Source of the DNA: Octopus vulgaris
Taxonomy: Eukaryota
Direction: 5' to 3'
Assembly: GCA_951406725.2 (NCBI GenBank)
Contig: OX597833.1
Coordinates: 14,570,001-14,634,000, forward strand
Length of the DNA stretch: 64,000 nt
Each line of letters starts with the position of its first letter. Position 1 is the stretch's first letter. Shown piece after piece: positions 13,446 through 25,087 of the stretch. Below the pieces are notes generated by a model. That model was not told where the DNA came from. It did no database searches and saw only the letters and a list, made by a program, of their open reading frames with translations. The position numbers were made by a program, and so were the translations under genes.

Positions 13446-14915
13446 ATAGGAGGTTACGTCAAAAAGTTCCCGAACTAGTTATGTTTAATAAAAATGACAA
13501 CTTATTTATGTAAGATTTAACAGGATCTCTGTCGAAATAATCACTTTGCATAGTAATACACTGGTCTCAACGTTCCTGTCTCTTTTCGAATCCGACCTGG
13601 AAATCTTTTTTTTTTTCCTTAAGGGAGTCGAGGACCCTCCGCAATTAGTTTTGCATCTCGGCAACGGTGTTAAAACCACGGCGACCTTTGAGGTACATTT
13701 TCATGTCGGGAAAGAGATGGAAGTCCGCAAGTGCTAAATCTGTCGAATAGGGGTTCTCGTGTGGAAGCGAGACCATGTTGTTTCTGGCGAGAAACTCACG
13801 GATGAGGAGAGCTCGGTGGCAGGGTGTACCGTCGTCGTAAAAAATCCTATTCTTCTTGTAGTTTTCGCCTAATGTCCTCTTTTAAACCCTCCAAAACGTC
13901 ACAGTAGATTTGTCAATTGACGTTCTGGCTCTGGAGGGCAAATTCACAATACCGCGAATGTCGTAAAAAATGAGAAGCATACTCTTGAGTTAGTAGCAAC
14001 TCTGTCGTGCTTTTGTCGGTCATGGAGACGAAGGTCTCTTCCGTTGTGACCCTAGCTTCTTCGTCTCATGGTTGTACTTGTAAACCCGACTCGCGTCACC
14101 GTTTTCCACCCTCCACATGAAGGATGGGCCTTCAATGGCAGGCTGACGGAGATCCTGACAGATTTCGTCGCGATTTTTTCCTGTTCAGTGGTCAACAGGC
14201 GGGGTCAAACGTCGTAGAGATACGCCGTATGTTCAATTCATACTTTAGGATTGCTAGACCCTCCACATGAAGGATGGGCCTTCAATGGCAGGCTGACGGA
14301 GATCTTGACAGATTTCGACGCGATGTTTTTTTTTTTTTCAGTTGTCAACAGGCGGGATCAAACGTGGCAGAGATACGCCGTATGTTCAATTCATACTTTA
14401 GGATTGCTGGTACCAATTTTTACGCAAGCAAACAGCAACAGAAACATCACTGATTGTCTTCTGACGATCTTCATGCACGAGCCGATGAATATTCTCTATA
14501 TTTCTGGGTCTGAGGCACATGGTGGGTCTTTCAGAACGCTTATCGTCTTCAAGGGATGTCCCTCCACTTTTGAAATACCCGCGCCACTCGAAACTTTGCA
14601 TACGACCCATTGCCTCATCACTATAACCTTTCCAAAACTTGCTCAATATCTCTGGACCAGACTTTCCAACTTTAACGCGAAATTTCATGTTGGCTCTTTG
14701 TGCCAACTTCCTGCCCATGACAAAATCGCAGACTACAGCATACACATTATAACAGATTCACCAGTTTCACAACTTACGAAGGAAACACAGCAATGTCACT
14801 TGGTACACTGACTCATGAAGGTCACTGCTAGCTCTTACTGCATAGGCAACCATGTGCTGCCTTCTAGAGACGAACAACAGAATTAGTTCGAGAACTTTTT
14901 GATACCACCTTTTTA
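13446..14915 (-). mobile_element. Decayed mariner (Tc1/mariner) transposon
   Basis: HTH N-terminus (QRANMKFRVKVGKS...FEW..YFKSGGTSLEDDKRSERP). Relics of the GDETW, HDNA and YSPDLAPxDF motifs (GDASRVY, DDGTPCH, PYSTDLALADF). Imperfect TIRs GGTTACGTCAAAAAGTTCCCGAACTA / TAGTTCGAGAACTTTTTGATACCACC. Confidence 0.88.
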
Positions 14916-14927
14916 ATATGTATACGA

Positions 14928-14963
<36 letters not shown>

Positions 14964-16165
14964 GTGGAGACAGACACCCTCGCACATACATACAAGAATG
15001 CATATTCGTACACTCTTTGTTAATATGCTTTCTTCAATTTGAAAAAGGGATTCTTTCACGAAATAATTCTGGATTTTAATCTGTTTATGCAGGGCTATAG
15101 AGTATCATATAACTTTATTTTTATGCTTTCTACATGTATCTTTTCGTATTTTGCTTAATCTCTTAATTTCATTGCCGAAAGACATTGTTTCAACAATGCT
15201 CGTACATATAAATTCTCAGGAACATATTATTTAAAGGCTTGCAACAGGCACGTTAAATATATCATAAACGCATCATACAGTATACCATAGAAATTAACTT
15301 TTGTTGACTTCTTGTATTTCGAACATGTGGAGTTACTAGTCTCTAACGCTCTGCACTACGACACACATTTTCAGTAAGGTGGAGTGTCGCTGTGTGAAAT
15401 AAGATGCCAAGAAGCTCCTGTCACACGTCGCACCATCCGGGTATCGAGTCTGGATATAGTAATCTTGGGTCCAAGAGACTAAGCATTTGGGCATAAGCAT
15501 TCATTTTCAATGTATAGGAAATATTTAATGATGGAAACAATTTGCTGTGACCGAGTTAATGAATAAATTTAAATTGTATTTATATAAAGACTTCATACTC
15601 TTTATTTGGTTGTGTGAGTAATTCATTACTGCGCTGTTTATTGCTCATTAGTTGTTTTGCCTAAAAGACACACGCAGCTAGGTATGAAATAGAAAAAAAT
15701 AATTACCATAATTTGAAAGATGTTGGGCTGCATATCCACAGTTGCAAATTGAAGTGTTTACTGTAAAGTGCAAGGTAGAATGTTTAGGCATTAATTCAAT
15801 AGATAATTAAATGTTAATCGTTAATGAGTAATTATACGCGTTAAATTAAAAAGCAATCATTATCTTTATTAGGGAAGAAAATGAGGATAAAATAATTTAT
15901 CCGACAAGCTTATCTCTTCCTAAGAATAATCGTGAATCAGGATGGATTTTCAAGACAATTAGAAGAAAAAATGATTAATCAACGCAAATTACACAGGTGT
16001 ATTGTTTTATTCTGATTTCTCAAATACTCAATGGTAATAAGAAACAATTTGTGGCACAATAGGTTTTCATTCAGGCTGGCGAATAGAAGCAATTTTCTGT
16101 TATCTTGTATTTGTTTCAGTTATAGGATTTCAGCGATTGTAGGGCCCCACCTGGAAGCATTTGGT

Positions 16166-16496
16166 ATTTCTTTATTACCCACTAGGGGCGACACAGAGGG
16201 GACACCACAAGACATTGGGGACATAGAACATTATAATTAAATTTATGAACAATGAATTATTAAATGAAAAAATGATAATATGAAAGCGATGCTAACGGCC
16301 CCATCCGCCAGCATCACTTACCTGTCCTTCGTCACCCATTTCCAATTACAATTTCTTCCTTTCTTATCACACTCTTCGTTTTCCTTTCATACTTCTCTAT
16401 CATTTCATCCTGAATTGTCACATTCATCAATTTTATACCCTCTTCCTCACACTTCCTCACCAATGTGTCCATAAATTCATCTTTCAAAACCGCGTA
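16166..16496 (-). mobile_element. 5'-truncated copy of the ORF1-only retroposon family, 17-bp TSD
   Basis: TSD ACCTGGAAGCATTTGGT at 16149-16165 and 16497-16513. 3' UTR, hairpin and tail align with 43164-43330. Peptide GYAVLKDEFMDTLVRKCEEE aligns with RYAVIEKKRIDEFVFRCERE. Confidence 0.85.
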
Positions 16497-16531
16497 ACCT
16501 GGAAGCATTTGGTCGAACAAATCACCTCTAA

Positions 16532-16906
16532 TCTCTCTCTATATAAATGGCAGTTTGTCTGTGTGTGTTTCTGTGTGTCTGTTAGGTTGTACGCTCACCC
16601 TGACCACGGCTTTCAACCGATTCTGATGAAACTTGACACACACATAGCCCAATGTCATAATTCGAAACTAACGCAGAGAAAATTTTGAAAAGTTCCCCCA
16701 GTTCTGAAAAAAATCGATAAATTCGACATGGGGTCGAGAATTAGAAACACAAACCACAGACTGTCTAGGGGACGCAACTCGACCATTTTAACTCTCAAAA
16801 AAAAATTTACCATAATTTTTTTTCCATTTTTTTGGCTATAACTCGCTAAAAATGCTTTATAGTTATTTCCCTTACAAACCCGAGCAACGCCGGGCGATAC
16901 TGCTAG
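16532..16906 (+). mobile_element. Non-autonomous Helitron (body type H1)
   Basis: A|TC 5' end, CCCGAGCAACGCCGGG subterminal hairpin, CTAG|T 3' end, no TSD. Near-identical copy at 37117-37492. Confidence 0.88.
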
Positions 16907-17204
16907 TACTTTTTAATTACGCTCTTCGCACGAAGAGAGCAGCGACGTTTATTTACAACTGTTTCAGTTTTACATAACGAAAGATCTAAGATACATATTC
17001 TAAGGAGTTTAAATTCATCGTGCGTTTATCTATATGTCATGCTGTGAGAATGAATAAATAAATACACGCATACATACATGTGATGGCTACAGACTTGTGT
17101 TCAAGTATTGCCATTGCCTGATCGAAACTCCCGCACATCCGAGGGCTACGACCAACTGTTTTTGTGGTAGGTCTTAATTTTTTTCAAGCGATGCATGTAC
17201 ATGA

Positions 17205-17603
17205 TTCTTCATCTTCTTCTTCATCTTCATCATCTCCTCCTCCTCTTCCTTCTTTTTCTTCTCCTTCTTCTCCTTCTTCATCTTTTTCATCTTCTTCCTC
17301 CTTCTTTTTCTTCTTCTTCTTCTTTTCCTCCTTCTTCTTCTTCTCCTCCTCCTCCTCCTCCTCCTTTTTCTTCTTCTTCTTCATCTCCTCCTCCTCCTCC
17401 TTTTTCTTTCTCTTCTTCATCTCCTCCTCCTTCTTCTTTTTCTTATTCTTCTTCTTTTTCATCTTCTTCTCCTTTTCTTCTTCTTCTTCATCTTCTTCGT
17501 TTTCATCCTCTTCTTTTTCATCTCCTCCTCCTCCTCCTTCTCCTACTCCTCCTCCTTATCATCATCATCATTATCATCATTATTATTATCATCATTATTA
17601 TTG
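17205..17603. repeat. (CTT/CCT)n polypyrimidine tract followed by (CAT/TAT)n
   Basis: Read directly from the sequence. Confidence 0.92.
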
Positions 17604-17841
17604 ATACTAAGTGAGAGAGCAGTGCATGCCATCAAAGTGACACTGGGGTAAAATATACGAAGCCCAGTACACCCATCATGACTGCCCGTCTGATAAGGGT
17701 ACACCAGGCACATGCATCACAACCATATGTGCGCGACATGGTGATCTCATATCAAGATAAACAGCATATGACCTTGCAAGTGGGGCCCAGTCAGAATTTT
17801 CTTCTGGTCGAGTAAACCATCCCGATCAAAAAGTCCCTGAA
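17604..17841. mobile_element. Probable retroelement end fragment embedded in (ATT)n
   Basis: ~240 bp of complex sequence bounded on both sides by ATT repeats, the same context as the R4/Dong-like relic at 23800. No coding motif recognised. Confidence 0.4.
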
Positions 17842-17882
<41 letters not shown>

Positions 17883-18402
17883 GCGTGGAGAAAGGATTTG
17901 CACAAATCCAATTTCATTCTCTGAACATGGACAACATAAACTCAAAAAGAACTACATCATCGAATATTGTCAGTGTCACAGGTTTTCTCTCCGACTTTCT
18001 CTCTCCTAGAGAGATGTTGTGACATAAACACAGGAGTCTCCCACACCCAGGGGGCCAACCTCGCCCCTGGACGCCGACTCAGATATTTCCATGTCCCCGC
18101 AAATATATGCATGCATATATACACATGTACACATTTTGTTGGATGGCCATTGACTGCTCATGAGCTCTTCTGTCTTGCAGGGTGTCCAACAATAACCCTC
18201 CTCACCAAGCAAGCTCGACGGAGTTGCCAGTTGAGTCGCTGATGATCCGACCGTGCAACAGTTTATACTAGGTTACATGTTAAAGCGACCTGACATATCG
18301 AAGATATATGCATAATACTGACACACATATGTATATATACATACACACGCACACATATGTATATATACATACACACGCAAAAGCTTATCTTCAAAGAATA
18401 TA

Positions 18403-18808
18403 TATTTCTCTATTGCCCACAGGGGGCTAAACATAGAAGGTACAAACAAATGTATTAAGTCGGTTACATCGACCCCAATGCATAACTGGTACTTATTTAA
18501 TCGACCCCGAAAAGGATGAAAGGCAAAGTCAACCTCGGCGGAATTTGAACTCAGAACGTAACGGCAGACGAAATACCAATTTCTTTACTACCAATAAGGG
18601 GCTAAACACAGAGGGGACAAACAAGGACAGGCAAACGGGTTAAGTCGATTACATCGACCCCAGTGCGTAACTGGTACTTAATTTATCGACCCCGAAAGGA
18701 TGAAAAGTAAAGTCGACCTCGGCGGAATTTGGACTCAGAACCTAATAGAAGACGAAATACCGCTAAGCATTTCGCCCTGCGTGCTAACGTTTCTGCCAGC
18801 TCGCCGCC
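18403..18808 (-). mobile_element. SINE family A dimer within one 17-bp TSD
   Basis: TSD TTATCTTCAAAGAATAT at 18385-18401 and 18811-18827. Confidence 0.9.
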
Positions 18809-19787
18809 TTTTATCTTCAAAGAATATCGTTGGAGAAGAACTGCAGCGAGTAACGTGGCAAATTTCATGTATATGTATCGAGGACTGTCAAACCTGGATG
18901 AAATTAAATATATAAAAATCATTGGCGGCAGTTGAAATAACTGAAATAGAGAAATTACTGAGAAGCACAAAGAAAAGTTACAATTGATATCTGAAAGATA
19001 AGAAGAACCAGTTTATGTAACACGATAAATGTTTATTTATCGCAGAAGGAAGTACGAAGGAAATATCAAATAGATATTCATTAATGCGTCTGCATAAGAT
19101 GAAATTATTGTATTTCGTAGAAATATATTTACAGATCTAAAAGCCATTATATGTAGATTAACTAAATGGAGGTCGAGTTTTATTCGTCGTTGTGGAGACT
19201 GGATCTTAACATCATCGTCTCACCAAAAACTTATGGCTGATGTTTATGTTCTTAAACATCCAACTTTATGCATCATTGAAGTTTTACGATTTTAAAGATT
19301 CGATAAAGTAGGATATAAAAGTACAGAAGCTACTTAAAAATATATAGCGAAAGTTTGTATACCGGTAATATTTGGGATGTAATTGTAGGGAAATTGACGT
19401 GCAATGTTTTATAGTTGTGAGAGAGAGAAATGGTTTTCTCCTCGAAGAAAATGCTTTTAGAACGATCATCAGTCATTTCAACATGTGAAGCTGTTGACTC
19501 AACCAAACCAATAACTTTACGCTAAACCAACCAGTATATTAATGATGTAAGGCTTCCTAGCTCTGTGAATTTGTATGGGATACATTATCTTCTGTAGTCC
19601 TTTTAAAGTCATCATCAACCAGTCCATGTGAAGTGAATGTGACAACCCCGTTGCCACACCATAAATTTACTCAGGGTTTTGATGGTTTGATACAAAGAGT
19701 GGATGAATTGGTGCGCATAGACTCACGCATTGATGGAACTCTCCTAAACTAGCAAGTTACAAAGTCGAATAATAAAAACAACCTTGT

Positions 19788-20125
19788 TACTCTCTCCTTT
19801 ACTTGTTTCAGTCATTTGACTGTGGCCATGCTGGGGCACCGCCTTTAGTCGAGCAAATCGACCCCAGGTCTTATTCTTTGTAAGTCTAGTCAAGCGATGT
19901 TGGGGGACAAACACAGACACAAACATATACATACACACGTATATATATAAAAACAGATATACGGCGGGATGTTTTCGGTTTCCGTCTACCAAATCCACTC
20001 ACAAAGCTTTGGTCGGCCCAAGGCTATAGCATAAGTCACATCACCAAAGTGCCACGTCGTGGGACTGAACCCGGAACCGTGTGGTTGGTAAGCAAGCTAC
20101 TTACCACACAACCACTCCTACGCCT
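19788..20125 (-). mobile_element. SINE family B, internally deleted
   Basis: Matches the family B head and tail; lacks ~70 bp of the body. Confidence 0.85.
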
Positions 20126-20737
20126 ACATACAAATGCCGAAGACATCGTTAAAAACGACAGACATCAGTTCAATTATATAGTGTCAATTAATAAAGATAA
20201 TAACGAGAATTTCTTGCATAAAACCATACGCAAAATTGCTGTACACTTTTATACGTATGAGAACTTTAATACAGATAGTTAGCAGAGGATGCAGGGAAGA
20301 GACGTGAGGTGCTGGTCACCCCAAACTTATAGGTAAATTGCACTTGGAGAATATCAAACACGAGTAAGGTAATGATAACTACGACATCGTATTGCCTATA
20401 ACAATTGCTTCAAAAAATTAGACTTTATACTTGCAGGATGCGAACCAGTCATTGAAAAACAATTGAAACGAAAGGAAGAGAAAAGCGTGTGAAAATGGTC
20501 CGAAATCAAGAAATGTGTAATAATACTGACTGAAGAAACCCCAAACATTGGCATGCAACAGTAACTGATTGCTTAGAACGCATATATGAGTTCCAGTTAA
20601 CACCAGGATTTTTGGATTCAAAGACACGGATGGTGTGCGTAAAAAAATATAGTTTATATTTATAAAAATGTGTTTTGCTGTTCACAGAATGTTATATGAA
20701 ATAGAAACAGCTGAGGCAGGTTCTGTACACTTATATA

Positions 20738-21870
20738 TATTTCTTTACTGCCTACAAGGGGCGAGACATAGAGGGCACAAACAAGGACAGACAAAGGGAG
20801 TAAGTCGATTACATCGACCCCATTGCAAAACTGGTACTTTATTTATCGACCCCGAAAGGATGAAAGGTAAAGTCGACCCCGGCAGAATTTGAACTCAGAA
20901 CGTAGCGACAGACGAAATACCTATTTCTTTATTACCCACAAAGGGCTAAACACAGAGCGGACAAACAAGGACAGACATAGGTATTAAGTCGATTACATCG
21001 ACCCCAGTGCGTAACTGGTACTTAATTTATCGACCCCGAAAGGATGAAAGGCAAAGTCGACCTCGGCGTAATTTGAACTCACAACGTAACGCATACGAAA
21101 TACCTATTTCTTTATTACCCACAAAGGGCTAAACACAGAGGGGACAAACAAGGACAGACACAGGTATTAAGTCGATTACATCGACCCCAGTGCGTAACTG
21201 GTACTTAATTTATCGACCCCGAAAGGATGAAAGGCAAAGTCGACCTCGGCGTAATTTGAACTCACAACGTAACGCATACGAAATACCTATTTCTTTATTA
21301 CCCACAAGGGGCTAAACACAGAGGGGACAAACGAGGACAGACATAGGTATTAAGTCGATTACATCGACCCCAGTGCGTAACTGGTACTTAATTTATCGAC
21401 CCCGAAAGGATGAAAGGCAAAGTCGACTTCGGCGTAATTTGAACTCACAACGTAACGCATACGAAATACCTATTTCTTTATTACCCACAAGGGGCTAAAC
21501 ACAGAGGGGACAAACGAGGACAGACATAGGTATTAAGTCGATTACATCGACCCCAGTGCGTAACTGGTACTTAATTTATCGACCCCGAAAGGATGAAAGG
21601 CAAAGTCGACCTCGGCGTAATTTGAACTCACAACGTAACGCATACGAAATACCTATTTCTTTATTACCCACAAAGGGCTAAACACAGAGCGGACAAACAA
21701 GGACAGACATAGGTATTAAGTCGATTACATCGACCCCAGTGCGTAACTGGTACTTAATTTATCGACCCCGAAAGGATGAAAGGCAAAGTCGACCTCTGCG
21801 TAATTTGAACTCACAACGTAACCGCTAAGCATTTCGCCCGGCGCGCTAACGTTTCTGCCAGCTCGCCGCC
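20738..21870 (-). mobile_element. SINE family A hexamer (~182-bp units) within one 12-bp TSD
   Basis: Six units joined at GAAATA/GGTATTTCGT. TSD TTCTGTACACTT at 20721-20732 and 21871-21882. Confidence 0.92.
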
Positions 21871-22184
21871 TTCTGTACACTTTTGAAGTCAAATTTCAAG
21901 TAGCTCAGTGCTGTTCTTTTAAAGTATAATTGGAAGTTGTCATATGCTATGTTTATGGGGAATACTTGGTGTAACAATGGTTAGGTTAATGAAAATTGGA
22001 GGAAAATATAATTTACTGTTAAAACAGGTGAGACACCAATCGTGTATAATTGTACTAAGGAGAAATGTGTTGGTAAATTAATGAAACAGATTTCTCTCAC
22101 TTCGTCTCACTGTCTGTCTCTTGGTTTCTGTCCTTTTCACTCTTGGTATTTTTTTATCTGTCTTTCTGTCACTCACTACGCACG

Positions 22185-22400
<216 letters not shown>

Positions 22401-22605
22401 ACAAATTTCCCTCATGCTTGAATTTTTCTTTCCCCCCCCCTCATCGATATGAATCGTGCCCCTCGCAGATTCTGTTTCCTTTCTCTCCTTTTATTTATAT
22501 TTCTTTCTCTCACTCCATCTTCCTATCTTTATCTTCATCTCATTAGTGTAGCCGTGCCTAAAATACTTTATTTTCTCCCTTTTTTCAGTGACACCTAAAC
22601 GCTAT

Positions 22606-22993
22606 TTTTTTAGGAGCACTCCGTCGGTTACGACGACGAGGGTTCCGGTTGATCCGAATCAAAGGAACAGCCTGCTCGTGAAATTAACGTGTAAGTGGCT
22701 GAGCACTCCACAGACACGTGTACCCTTAACGTAGTTCTCGGGGATATTCAGCGTGACACAGAGAGTGACAAGGCCGGCCCTTTGAAATACAGGTTCAACA
22801 GAAACAGGAAGTAAGAGTGAGAGAAAGTTGTGGTGAAAGAGTACAGCAGGGATCACCACCATCCCCTGTCGGAGCCTCGTGGAGCTTTAGGTGTTTTCGC
22901 TCAATAAACACTCCCAATGCCCGGTCTGGAAATCGAAGCCGCGATCCTACGACTGCGAGTCCGCTGCCCTAACCACTGGGTCATTGCGCCTCC
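22606..22993 (-). mobile_element. SINE family C with 15-bp TSD
   Basis: Head GGAGGCGCAATGACCCAGTGGTTAGGGCAGCGG, short A tail. TSD ACACCTAAACGCTAT at 22591-22605 and 22994-23008. Confidence 0.92.
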
Positions 22994-23344
22994 ACACCTA
23001 AACGCTATATCTATATACGAAAGCGTTTTCCTGGCCAAATGTAAGTTTTCCTTTACGATAAGTGAATACTTTCCTGAGAGAAAAGAGAAAACTTTTAATG
23101 ATACGTAAATTCTGTTTCATAAAGAATCTATTTCTGCGCGAAGAGTACCAATTCCTCATTAATTTCTTCGTTTTACTCGATTCCACAGAGGTTCAGCTTG
23201 ACGTGTTCGCATGTTTAATAGAATCTTGGAAATCCGCGGAACTTTTGACCGGCAGGTGCTAAAAACCAATTTGACTAATGGTATGAGTTCCACAAGTCGC
23301 TTTTAACTGGTGTTCTTCAAAAAGAAATTATCATAATAATATTC

Positions 23345-23550
23345 CTTTCTACTCTAGGCACAAGGCTCGAAATTTTGGAGGTGTAGGGTAGTCGATCAGA
23401 TCAACCCCAGTACGTAACTGGAGTCGATCTGATCGATCTGGTATAAAAGGCGGTGTCGACCTCGGCAGAATTTGAAATCCTAACGTTTGTGTTTACGTTC
23501 TGAGTTCAAATTCCGCCGAGGTCGACTTTGCTTTTCATCTTTGTGCCTAC
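23345..23550. mobile_element. Two opposed fragments of SINE family A (tail-2 type)
   Basis: TTTCTACTCTAGGCACAAGG tail on the minus strand, then a plus-strand ACGTTCTGAGTTCAAATTCCGCCGAGGTCGAC fragment. Confidence 0.65.
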
Positions 23551-23629
23551 AATATTGTCATTAATGATTTGTTATTTAAAGAAAAGTAACTGTTTTCAGC
23601 TTAACATTTAATTAGGTTAACAGTTTTGT

Positions 23630-23775
23630 TCATTATTTACATTATTTACATTTGACGGATATTTGCCCTCATCTTGTTTGTTGTTAACACAACGTTTCGT
23701 CTGATATACCCTCCAGCCTTCATCAGGGGTTTTGGGGAAATTTCGAACGTGGGTTCTCGTTTCTAAGGTATTTTC
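23630..23775 (-). mobile_element. PLE-type end, family 4, with HHR motif
   Basis: Reverse strand ACCC-CTGATGA-A-GGCTG...CAGAC-GAAA-CG-TT-GTGT. Ends in ATGTAAATA repeats. Inverted partner at 24245-24385. Confidence 0.75.
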
Positions 23776-23799
23776 GATGTTGTTGTTGTTATTATTATT

Positions 23800-24113
23800 A
23801 TCATTCAGTAGTTTTATTTTTATAGCGTCCTTTCACTTCACTACCGAGCGCAGCTCTGTGTGCCTTGTATTGAAAGTGTTCTGCGTAGGATGTGTGCAGT
23901 GCCTAGTAGTGCAATTTTCTGTATATTATATGTGTTTGTAAGTCCTGGTTTTTTTGTTATGTATTTGTCTGAATAGTTTTTTATCATGCATAATGCACCT
24001 ATTATGATAGGAATTGTTTCTGTTTATAGATTCCACATTCTAGTTACCTCTATTTCCAGGTCTTTGTATTCTGAAAGCTTCTCCATTTCTTTTAGGGACA
24101 TGTTGTCATCTGC

Positions 24114-24114
<1 letters not shown>
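23800..24114 (-). pseudogene. R4/Dong-like non-LTR retrotransposon 3' end (restriction-like endonuclease C-terminus)
   Basis: My translation: DDNMSLKEMEKLSEYKDLEIEVTRMWNL*TETIPIIIGALCMIK...IQKIALLGTAHILRRTL, matching the EK..KY.DL..E....W.......P++IGALG motif. Flanked by (TAA)n. Confidence 0.85.
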
Positions 24115-24153
<39 letters not shown>

Positions 24154-24244
24154 GTTATTATTATTCAGGTAACTGCCTGGAATTTCAGGCAATGACCTGA
24201 ACCTGAACAACAACAACAACAACAATAATAATAACATCAAAAGG

Positions 24245-24385
24245 ATGAGAACCCAGGTTTGAAATTTCTCCAAGACACCTGACGATGGCTGGAGGGTATA
24301 TCCGGTGAGACGTTGTGTTAACAACAAACAAGAAGAGGGAAAATATTCGTCCAATGTAAATAATGTAAATAATGTACATAATACC
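24245..24385 (+). mobile_element. PLE-type end, family 4, with degenerate HHR
   Basis: ACAC-CTGACGA-T-GGCTG...GAGA-CG-TT-GTGT at 24275-24318. Inverted relative to 23630-23775. Confidence 0.72.
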
Positions 24386-24750
24386 TCATCTCTTAAATAT
24401 AGAATCGTAACAGACAGTTTTTTCATGATGGTATGGAAAAGAAATCTTGAGATATTTCTCGCATGTATTCTCTTTTCTCCGTACTTAATTAATCGTCAGT
24501 GATTATGCTAATGAATATTTATATTTAAATGAGGTCGAGACCATAGTCATTACATGCAAATTTTGATCACATTTATCAATAGAACTTAATATTTTCTTCA
24601 CCAAATTGCGTCTTTGCTTATTGTTGTAAATAACTTCAGCTTCTGAGAAGCCAATTTAGTGCACAATAAATTATATTAATTAAACCGCTTATGAATAATT
24701 TCTTTAGTAAGCTATATAATTTCCTACGTTGTTTATACATAGAATACGTT

Positions 24751-25087
24751 GGAGGCACAATGGCCCAGTGGTTAGGGCAGCGGACTCGCGGTCATAGGAT
24801 CGCGGTTGTGAGTGTTTATTGAGCGAAAACACCTAAAGCTCCACGAGGCTCCGGCAGGGATGGTGGTGATCCCTGCTGTACTCTTTCATCACAACTTTCT
24901 CTCACTCTTACTTCCTGTTTCTGTTGTACCTGTATTTCAAAGGGCCGGCCTTGTCACTCTCTGTGTCACGCTGAATATCCCCGAGAACTACGTTAAGGGT
25001 ACACGTGTCTGTGGAGTGCTCAGCCACTTACACGTTAATTTCACGAGCAGGCTGCTCCGTTGATTCGTAACCGACGAAGTGCTTCCA
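24751..25087 (+). mobile_element. SINE family C (internal deletions)
   Basis: Same head and body as 22606-22993. Confidence 0.9.

Noticed and set aside
17164-17614. Poly-S/F/K/E ORFs
   Set aside because: Simple (CTT/CCT)n repeat; no evidence of coding.
17990-18300. GC-richer block starting TGTTGTGAC, possible solo LTR, containing CTGATGA
   Set aside because: No TSD or terminal inverted repeat found, and no GAAA or stems to complete a hammerhead.
20738-21870. Regular array that might suggest CRISPR or satellite DNA
   Set aside because: No unique spacers and no cas genes; the units are SINE A bodies in eukaryotic DNA.
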